A DNA stretch of 64,000 bases from Parcubacteria group bacterium GW2011_GWC1_45_14. GTDB lineage: Bacteria; Patescibacteriota; Minisyncoccia; Moranbacterales; GWC2-37-73. Under the pieces are notes generated by a model. That model ran no database searches. It had not been told where the DNA came from and worked only from the letters and a program-made list of their open reading frames with translations. Both the position numbers and the translations under genes were made by a program. The stretch spans positions 4,614-68,613 of the forward strand of contig LCKI01000003.1 of assembly GCA_001001345.1 (NCBI GenBank), in the 5' to 3' direction. Below are positions 1-7,318 of this stretch, piece by piece. The first letter of the stretch is position 1. Every line of letters starts with the position of its first letter.

Positions 1-90
1 ACGCTGATCACCGATCAATACGGATTCCACGGATTAAATCCGTGATCCGTGCAAATCAGTCCATCATCCGTGAATATCCGCAATTGAAAT

Positions 91-297
91 ATGGAAAAGA
101 AATCTTGTTTTTTCTGCGAAGAAAAAATGGAAAAAATAGACTACAAGGAAGCTTATATGCTCAGGAGATTCATGAATTCCCAGGGTAAGATCTATCCTCC
201 GAAAAGACACGGTACCTGCACAAGGCATCAGAGAGCTCTCGTCAGCGCGATCAAAAGAGCCCGCGTCATGGCTCTGGTACCATACGTAGTCAAATAA
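91..297 (+). CDS. rpsR: 30S ribosomal protein S18 (zinc-binding C+ type)
   Basis: CFFC...IDYK...[34 protein letters not shown] is the S18 signature. Confidence 0.97.
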   Translation: MEKKSCFFCEEKMEKIDYKEAYMLRRFMNSQGKIYPPKRHGTCTRHQRALVSAIKRARVMALVPYVVK

Positions 298-300
298 CAC

Positions 301-390
301 GCGATACGAACGATACGAATCGCATACGAACGATACGAAACAGAAACACAAGTTCGTAGCGTTCGTATATGTTCGTAGGTTAGTATCGAT
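301..390. repeat. ~9-bp tandem repeats (GATACGAAC x4) followed by inverted copies (GTTCGTA..)
   Basis: Direct and inverted units read directly between rpsR and efp; can form an imperfect hairpin. Confidence 0.75.
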
Positions 391-396
391 TTATAT

Positions 397-954
397 ATGC
401 TGAATATAAACGAAATAAAAAACGGCAAGAACATCCTCTGGAACGAAGAGCCTTTCGTGGTGCTTTCTTCCCAGCATTCCAAGACCGGAAGAGCCGGAGC
501 AGTGCTTCGAACCAAGCTCAAGAACCTCATCACCGGAGCGATGATCGACAAAACCTTCCAGGGTTCCGACAAAGTGGAAGAGGCCGATATCTCCAAGTCC
601 AAAGCGCAATACCTCTACCAAGAGGGAGACGCATACAACTTCATGGATACCGCCACTTACGACCAATTTTCCCTTTCAAAAGACGTGATCGGTGATTTGG
701 CTCTCTGGATGATCGAAGGGACGGAAGTGACGGTTTCAAACTTCAACTCCAACCCGGTCAACATTGAGCTTCCGGTCAAAGTCACTCTCACTGTCGTCGA
801 TGCCCCTCCGGGAATCAAAGGAGACACGGCTTCCAGCGGAGACAAACTTGTTACCCTGGAAACAGGAGCGAAGGTTACCACCCCGCTTTTCGTGGAAACG
901 GGAGACAAGATAATCGTGAACACGGAAACAGGAACATACGTTTCAAGAGCGTAA
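397..954 (+). CDS. efp: Elongation factor P
   Basis: KTGRAGAVLRTKLKNLITG, PPGIKGDT, LETGAKVTTPLFVETGDKI..NTETGTYVSRA. Confidence 0.97.
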   Translation: MLNINEIKNGKNILWNEEPFVVLSSQHSKTGRAGAVLRTKLKNLITGAMIDKTFQGSDKVEEADISKSKAQYLYQEGDAYNFMDTATYDQFSLSKDVIGDLALWMIEGTEVTVSNFNSNPVNIELPVKVTLTVVDAPPGIKGDTASSGDKLVTLETGAKVTTPLFVETGDKIIVNTETGTYVSRA

Positions 955-985
955 GGGCAGTTTTTTAGGAAAATACGCTACACAC

Positions 986-1008
986 AAAAACCGCGCGAAG
1001 CGGTTTTT
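986..1008. terminator. Rho-independent terminator, probably bidirectional
   Basis: AAAAACCGC-GCGAA-GCGGTTTTT after efp. Confidence 0.75.
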
Positions 1009-1070
1009 TGTTGTTCTTAATTAGTACGGTGGATAAATTTGGAATTTTATACTAAGATGCATATTTCATT

Positions 1071-1196
1071 TGTCATCTTGAGCGAAGTGATTCCGCCCTT
1101 AGGCGGGGAACGTAGTCGAAAGATCTACGCGATAATACAGCTTGACGTGTTATAACGCAGATTTTTCGACTTCGCTACGCTCCGCTCAAGATGACA
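1071..1196. repeat. REP-like long inverted repeat
   Basis: TGTCATCTTGAGCG (1071-1084) is the exact reverse complement of CGCTCAAGATGACA (1183-1196); inner GTCGAAAGATCT/AGATTTTTCGAC arms and an inserted CCGCCCTTAGGCGG mini-hairpin. Confidence 0.75.
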
Positions 1197-1212
1197 AAAA
1201 TCGACACATTAA

Positions 1213-2294
1213 TCAACAGGTGGCCGATTTTTTGACGCTTTCTTCCAATTTCTTCGCATTTCCGTGACTCAGCAATCCCAAATAAGACTGTATCGTCTCA
1301 TTTTTTGGATTTTTCGTAATATTCTTCATCATTCTTCTCTTCGTGCTGGTCCGCAATATCCTGTGATGCGGGAAATGCACCCATCCCAGAAAATCAACTC
1401 CCGAAGCGTACGTCTTTATGAAGACCTTATCCGGATGAAGCGTGAGTTTCAATCTTGTTTCCAAGAAATCACTTATTTTCGGCAAAACATTTTCCAAGTA
1501 TGCCATATCGTCATGCAGAATTACAAAATCATCCGCATATCGTATATAGTGGCGGATTTTTAATTGGCGTTTCGCAAATTGGTCGAACTCATTCATATAG
1601 ATGTTCACCAGGAGTTGCGAAGTCAGATTGCCGAGCGGTAGCCCGATTCCTATTTTTCCGTTAAAACTTTCTATGACTTGCGAAAGGAGCCGTAAAACAT
1701 CCCTATCTCCGATACGTTTCGATAAGATGACTCTTAAGATACTGTGATCTATGCTTGCGAAGAATTTCCTGATGTCGCATTTCAAAACCCAACACGTCTG
1801 GGTATTATTCCTTGAAACCTTGAGACTGAAACATTGAAAACGATCCATGGCCCTATGCGTGCCTTTATCTAACCTACAGGAATATGAGTCATGGATGAAT
1901 TTCCTGTCAAAATGCGGATACAGGATCCGATGAATGGCGTGATGGAGCAGGCGGTCGCGCACGCTCGCTTTATGGATGTCGCGCGGTTTGGGATCGTTTA
2001 TCTTGAAAGCTTTATAACCTCCGTGCCGGTATGTTTTATCCGCAAGTTCGCGGTGAAGCGCGAGGATGTTGTCCATGAAATGCACCTGGAATTCGGCGAC
2101 GTCTTTCCGTTTCCTTTTTCCACGTAAAAATTCCCGCCAAGAAATTAGCAGGTTATCGAAAGAAATGATATTATCGTATATATGAAAAAGACTCCCTTTA
2201 CTCTCTCTCTCTCTCTCTCTCTCTCTCGAAAAATGCCTCTGTTCTCCAGCGGATCAAAGAGGGATATTTGATTTGGATGGATGTTTCCGTTCAT
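1213..2294 (-). CDS. DGR reverse transcriptase; 5' end frameshifted at the (AG)n tract. ORF track calls 1213-2085, the frame is open to 2253, and the predicted true ATG is 2294
   Basis: KPRDIHKASVRDRLLHHAI, LKCDIRKFF, GLPLGNLTSQ (DGR-type SQ), YIRYADDF, GVDFLGW; conserved N-terminal IISFDNLLISWREFLRGKRKR lies upstream of the called GTG; adjacent TR/VR pair. Confidence 0.93.
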
Positions 2295-2618
2295 ATTCCT
2301 AAAAGTGCGCGCTATACTATCGGCGCAAGGATTGAAAATAAATATCTTGATCTGCTTGAACTTGCCCGCGTCGCCTACTTCACTGGCAGAGAAGAAACCG
2401 AAAATAAAATCAAGAGAATATCGGACTGCATCTTCGTTTTGGACGCCTTGAAATTTTTGGTAACCGTAGCTTGGGAAGCCAAACTGCTTTCAAACAAACA
2501 CTACGAAAACGTGGGACTGAAACTGGAAGAAATCGGCAGGATGCTTTGGGGTTGGATGGAGGGATTGAAAAACCCTGAAAAGAAAAACCGCGCCTTTGAC
2601 GGAACGGAAAAGAAATGA
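2182..2618 (+). CDS. avd: DGR accessory variability determinant (Avd, four-helix bundle); 5' end frameshifted at the (CT)n tract. ORF track calls 2268-2618 and the predicted true ATG is 2182
   Basis: SVLQRIKEGYLIW..HIPKSARYTIGARIEN..LDLLEL...LKFLVTVAWE.KLLSNKHY......LEEIGRMLWGW resembles bAvd; lies between TR and RT. Confidence 0.88.
2201..2227. repeat. (CT)13C dinucleotide microsatellite inside the 5' coding regions of both RT and avd
   Basis: 27 nt of perfect CT alternation. Confidence 0.98.
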
Positions 2619-2752
2619 CTTTCGGAAACGGAAGACAAACTCATTGTCGGCATTCCACCTATTGTCAGACTTCGCCCAGTTGTCGTTCAGCCACGACTTG
2701 CCGTCATTGTTCCGGTTCACGTTGAACACGTGCGGATTACCGTCAGAGTCGA
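2618..2752 (-). ncRNA. DGR template repeat (TR)
   Basis: 135-nt ungapped match to 3082-3216; all 16 mismatches fall on minus-strand adenines of this copy; rich in AAC/AAT codons. Confidence 0.96.
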
Positions 2753-2974
2753 TTCGTATGCAACGCCATCCATATCACTGCCCGCTCAAATTGGAGCTGT
2801 GCTGTATTTTATTCGGGATCTAAAATCCTCCAGCGTCGCATACCAAGTCTATTTTCTTTATTTTGAAAATATCGTTCCATATCACAAAAAGCCTTGGCCG
2901 TTTGCGCTTCGGGAACGTACTTGCAGAAAGGTTCCAAAAAGCCGTAACCGTTTGGCATGACCAATCTATTCTAA

Positions 2975-2983
2975 AGTATACCA
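2975..2983 (-). promoter_or_regulatory. Putative extended -10 promoter for the TR/RT transcript
   Basis: TGG-TATACT on the minus strand ~220 nt upstream of TR. Confidence 0.45.
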
Positions 2984-3061
2984 AATTTTAAAGATTGGAA
3001 GAAATTCCAAAGGATCAAAAAGTCAAAAATTCAAAGTGACAGAATAAAATAATTCAAGGTT

Positions 3062-4996
3062 TCAAGATTCCAAAGAGTTTAACTTGCGGAAACGGAAGAC
3101 AAACTCATCGCCGGCACTCCACCTATCGTCAGACTCCGCCCAGTCGTCGCTCAGCCACGACTCGCCGTCACAGTACCGGTACACGAAGAACACGTGCGGA
3201 CTACCGTCAGAGTCGACAATCTGCTTCATAGCGATCCAAAAATAATCTCCAGGGGACTGCTGTCTGCCGAAAATATCCTCGTAATGGAGGCGCAGGTGAG
3301 GTCCTGTTTCCGGAGGGCACAGATCCAGCCCCAGTTCTTCGGCCCTTTTGTAAATTTGATCCGTTGTCGCTCCGGCGAGAAAACCTAAATCCTTAACCTT
3401 GAGTTTTACGAATTTGACCTGCTCCTTGTTTTCAAGTGTGAAAAATTCATCCCTTTTCAACATGGTTTCCACACCACTGGAAATATATATCTTATCATCC
3501 CCTTCCGCTTTCTTTCTGCTTTCCAGTTCTCTTATGATATTTTCCTTACTTTCCCCTCCCATCCAAGCATCGAATCCTGATATTTTTCCTTCGGGGAAAG
3601 AGGTGTGGATATGCTCGATTCCTTTTGAGAAAATTCCTTCAAAAAGCGGTCCGACATACGTCTTGGTGTTTTCATCGATGTCCTCTTTTTTCCAGGCAAT
3701 TTCAGAGGGATCACGTTCGAACACGACAGGCGCGTCTTCTTGCGCGATCCTTTGTTTCCTTAACTGCTCAATGCGTGGATCCTTATCATAGCCGAAACCT
3801 TCGATCGCATGGTTTATTTCATATAAAAATAATAAATCCTCTTTGGAAAAATGTTCGCCAATTTCCTGTTTCTTCACAAGCTCCGTCACTTTTTTCATAT
3901 CGGAAGCTTTCTTGTCATACGATTCCCCTCCGGGAAGCGAGTGGTACTTTTCCTGCGCGATATCCACCAGTTCCGGTTCGAGCTCCTGCCTGTGATTCAC
4001 TCCGCGCACTTCCCCGACCTTGTCTCCGTCCATACGGATAGCCACGCGCGGCTCGGTATATCCGCCGTTCTCTCCTTTCAGATAATACACATAGAAATCA
4101 CCGCCTTGGAGATGCGCTTGGGCGCTTCCGGTCGCCGTACACCATCCGGTTCCTTTATTTTTGAGATCGTTTTCCAGAATGTAATGATCGCTTCCTTGGT
4201 CATATTTCCTCCATTCCCCCTCGATCTTCTCACCGTTAAGTTCCATGGCTTTGCCGGCAGTTTCAACTAGCGCGAATGCGTACAGTTTCGAAAAATCTTT
4301 CGCATTGAGCAATTTTTCCAATGTATTTTTCTTTTCTGCAAGTTTCGTTTTTTCTTCATCCGATTGGCCTTCCCATGGCTCGAATTCTTTCTGGTCTATT
4401 CCCTCGTCGAGTTTTTTAAAAACCCAGCCCAACGCTTCGGAGTTGAGTTCCGGAAAAGGTGCGACTGTCGATTTCGCCCTCTTGGAAAATTCCAGAGTTT
4501 CCTTGCTCAATATTCCCATCTTCTCGATGCTCCGCATCACGAAATATCGGAACCACATCGGATGTTTCGAATCGTTCTGCTTCAGATAATCAAGCCACGC
4601 GGAAAGTGTCTTGCGCTGGATTTCGGCTTTTTCCATGACGAGCGGTTTGTATTTCTCGACAATCTCCTGCGTCGAACCGAACTTTTGGATATCCGCTCCA
4701 CGGCCCTGTTCGATTGCGATACGCTTTTCCGATTCATAAAGACCTTCCGCGATCTTCTCAAGCGTTTCAGGATTTTCCACATTCAAAGTAAAGCGGCTTA
4801 GAATGCGTCTTTTGAGAAGTTCGTATCCATGGTCATTCTCAACGATCGCCTCGAGACGGTCCAAATACGTATCCACCCGTTCCTGCTTGTTTTCAGGTCC
4901 CGGTTCCCCTTCGCGGAGATTTTTAGCCACCGCGCGTTCCACCGGCTTGGAGCCGGCAAGGTCGGGATATTTTTGAGGGAGAAAGTGTTTTTCCAT
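3062..4996 (-). CDS. DGR target protein with C-terminal variable (probably CLec-like) domain
   Basis: Long ORF (track 3062-5005) with VR in the last ~50 codons; ATG 4996 lies 8 nt after TG-G-TATAAT, consistent with a leaderless start. Confidence 0.92.
   Translation of the reverse strand: MEKHFLPQKYPDLAGSKPVERAVAKNLREGEPGPENKQERVDTYLDRLEAIVENDHGYELLKRRILSRFTLNVENPETLEKIAEGLYESEKRIAIEQGRGADIQKFGSTQEIVEKYKPLVMEKAEIQRKTLSAWLDYLKQNDSKHPMWFRYFVMRSIEKMGILSKETLEFSKRAKSTVAPFPELNSEALGWVFKKLDEGIDQKEFEPWEGQSDEEKTKLAEKKNTLEKLLNAKDFSKLYAFALVETAGKAMELNGEKIEGEWRKYDQGSDHYILENDLKNKGTGWCTATGSAQAHLQGGDFYVYYLKGENGGYTEPRVAIRMDGDKVGEVRGVNHRQELEPELVDIAQEKYHSLPGGESYDKKASDMKKVTELVKKQEIGEHFSKEDLLFLYEINHAIEGFGYDKDPRIEQLRKQRIAQEDAPVVFERDPSEIAWKKEDIDENTKTYVGPLFEGIFSKGIEHIHTSFPEGKISGFDAWMGGESKENIIRELESRKKAEGDDKIYISSGVETMLKRDEFFTLENKEQVKFVKLKVKDLGFLAGATTDQIYKRAEELGLDLCPPETGPHLRLHYEDIFGRQQSPGDYFWIAMKQIVDSDGSPHVFFVYRYCDGESWLSDDWAESDDRWSAGDEFVFRFRKLNSLES
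3082..3216 (-). repeat. DGR variable repeat (VR)
   Basis: Differs from TR only at TR adenines (10 A>G, 5 A>T, 1 A>C), giving 13 amino-acid changes. Confidence 0.96.
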
Positions 4997-5074
4997 ATGA
5001 GGCAATTATACCACAATTCACACAAGCTCTTCTGAATAAAAACAAAAAACCGCACGAGGCGGTATTTTTGTTTC

Positions 5075-5130
5075 CCTGATTCCTGATTCCTGATTCCTGA
5101 TTCCTAAAGCCTAAATCCTAATTCCTGCTT
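5075..5130. repeat. Heptamer tandem repeat (CCTGATT x4 plus 4 degenerate units) at the recA 3' end
   Basis: Read directly. Confidence 0.85.
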
Positions 5131-6145
5131 ATATCTTGGCTTTGGCCGCAATTTCCTTAAAGATCTTTTGCGCGATCTTCTCATTTTCCCGAAGGAAAGT
5201 CTTGGCGGCCTCCCTGCCGACTCCCAATTTCACTTCCTCGAAGGTATATGAATTTCCTGATTTTTTGACAACCTCGAACTTCACTCCGGAATCAATGATG
5301 TCTCCGGCCAGCGAAATCCCCTCGTTATACATGATGTCGAATTCCGCGACTTTGAAAGGCGGAGCGACTTTGTTTTTGACGACTTTCACCTTCACCCTGT
5401 TGCCGACCACATCTTCGCCTTTCTTGATCTGGGCGGATCTTCTGACCTCAAGCCTGACCGAAGAATAAAACTTGAGAGCCTGCCCTCCGGAAGTGGTCTC
5501 AGGATTACCGAACATCACTCCGATCTTCATCCTGATCTGATTGATGAAAATGACGATGACATTGGACCTGGCGACGATGGCGGTGAGTTTTCGCAGGGCC
5601 TGGGACATGAGCCTGGCCTGCCTTCCTACATGCTGGTCTCCCATCTCTCCCTCGATTTCAGCTCTGGGAACCAAGGCGGCGACGGAGTCGATAACGACCA
5701 CGTCCACGGCGTTGGAGCGGACCAGCGTTTCCACGATGTCGAGCGCCTGTTCTCCCGTGTCCGGCTGGGAAACCAACAGGTCGTCGATTTTAACTCCGAT
5801 CTTCTTGGCATATTCCGGATCAAGAGCGTGTTCGGCATCCACGAAAGCCGAAGTCCCTCCTTTTTTCTGGGCGTTCGCGATGATGTGAAGCGCCAAGGTG
5901 GTCTTTCCGGATGACTCAGGTCCGTATACCTCGATTATCCTGCCCCTCGGCACTCCGCCGATTCCCAACGCGATATCCAAGGAAACCGAACCGGTCGGGA
6001 TCGACTCCACGTCGACCCTGCGGACATCCCCCAGCTTCATGATCATCCCCTCGCCGAACTTCTCCCGGATTTCACTCACCACGTTATCCACCTTCTTGTC
6101 ATCTGCGACCGCCCCTACTTCCGGCTTCGTTGTTTTCTTTGCCAT
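5129..6145 (-). CDS. recA: Recombinase RecA
   Basis: [53 protein letters not shown]. Confidence 0.99.
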   Translation of the reverse strand: MAKKTTKPEVGAVADDKKVDNVVSEIREKFGEGMIMKLGDVRRVDVESIPTGSVSLDIALGIGGVPRGRIIEVYGPESSGKTTLALHIIANAQKKGGTSAFVDAEHALDPEYAKKIGVKIDDLLVSQPDTGEQALDIVETLVRSNAVDVVVIDSVAALVPRAEIEGEMGDQHVGRQARLMSQALRKLTAIVARSNVIVIFINQIRMKIGVMFGNPETTSGGQALKFYSSVRLEVRRSAQIKKGEDVVGNRVKVKVVKNKVAPPFKVAEFDIMYNEGISLAGDIIDSGVKFEVVKKSGNSYTFEEVKLGVGREAAKTFLRENEKIAQKIFKEIAAKAKI

Positions 6146-6228
6146 ATTCTTATCAACTGCGCCAATCGACGGATTACTAAATCAGCAATCGGAGGATCGG
6201 TGCAATGTTTTAATAACTTTTTTAAATA

Positions 6229-7221
6229 TTATAAAGCGCGTCCATCGGGGGTGAAAACAATGTCGCGCACTACACCTGATTCGCTGCTTAAAATTTCTTC
6301 TTCCTTTCCTTCCAATTTTATATGGGTATCGTTTCCCTTTCCGGATGTCACGCTTATCTTCTCCTTGGCTGTGAACTTCTGCACCGAATCCGGAAGCAGG
6401 ACCCCGCTATACATCAAATTCCCATCAGCTTCGACTGAAATCCAAGTGGGATTGGATGAAACATAGAGCTCCATATCGAACTCCTCCTTGTTCCCAGCAT
6501 CTTCCCCCTCGGAAGCGCCCGCTCCGGAAGATGGGGATTCCACGTTCTGATAATTGGCGTTGACTGAAACGGTCTGCCTGGATTCCTTATCAAACTTGTT
6601 CCTGGCTACCACGGTTATGGCGTTGAGCCCTTCCCGAAGTCCCACATCCTCACTGAATTCTCCCTTCTCGTTGACCAAAATAGGCTGGTCGTTTATGAAA
6701 AGCTGGGCGTTTTTTTCCGCCACCCCTGCTATCCTGACGGTTCTTCCGTCCACACTGGACCCGTCGGACGGGGTCATGACGACCAATCTTGGCATGGAAA
6801 CGAAATTGTTGACCTGCCGGTATAAATACAGGAATCCCGAAAAAACGAACAGGACGCTCAATGTTATTATGATTATCTTGGGAGTCACCACGAAACTTGA
6901 AAACTTTATCGGCTTTATCTCCTTGTTGCCCGCATCTTCCCCTTTGATATTCTGCGCTATCTTCTGTTCCCTTTCGTATTGCTTGAGAAGCGACTGTCCG
7001 CTTATCCCCATGAAGATGGCATAGTTGCGGAGGAATCCTTTGACATAAACCTGTGCCGGAAGCTTGGAATAGTTCCCTTCCTCAAGATACTCCAGATATT
7101 TCACCTGCACGCGCGTGCTCTTGGAGATTTCACTCAAACTCAAACGGCGTTCCTCGCGAAGCTTTTTCATTTGCTCCCCAAGAGTCATCGAGTCTATCTT
7201 TTTCGTAGTGAATCGCACCAT
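6229..7221 (-). CDS. RodZ-like membrane protein (HTH_25, TM helix, Ig-like domain, DUF4115-like C-terminus)
   Basis: LGEQMKKLREER.LSL.EIS..T.V..KYLEYLEEGNY..LP..VYVKGFLRNYA; single TM; downstream of ftsK. Confidence 0.8.
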   Translation of the reverse strand: MVRFTTKKIDSMTLGEQMKKLREERRLSLSEISKSTRVQVKYLEYLEEGNYSKLPAQVYVKGFLRNYAIFMGISGQSLLKQYEREQKIAQNIKGEDAGNKEIKPIKFSSFVVTPKIIIITLSVLFVFSGFLYLYRQVNNFVSMPRLVVMTPSDGSSVDGRTVRIAGVAEKNAQLFINDQPILVNEKGEFSEDVGLREGLNAITVVARNKFDKESRQTVSVNANYQNVESPSSGAGASEGEDAGNKEEFDMELYVSSNPTWISVEADGNLMYSGVLLPDSVQKFTAKEKISVTSGKGNDTHIKLEGKEEEILSSESGVVRDIVFTPDGRAL

Positions 7222-7318
7222 AGCTGAAAAATTTCTAATTCCTAATTACTAATTTCCGATCAAACCTCCTTGCCCGGCGCCGAAGTCTAAAAAATATTTC
7301 TAGGTCGACCAGGAATCC

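Noticed and set aside
1213-2085. RT as a group II intron or retron
   Set aside because: Short RT with the SQ motif, no maturase/endonuclease domain, and an adjacent Avd and TR/VR pair
2490-2729. 79-aa ORF resembling the target C-terminus
   Set aside because: It is the TR read in the VR frame running into antisense avd; better explained as template RNA
2730-2960. 76-aa plus-strand ORF
   Set aside because: Antisense to the TR leader, with no recognisable motif
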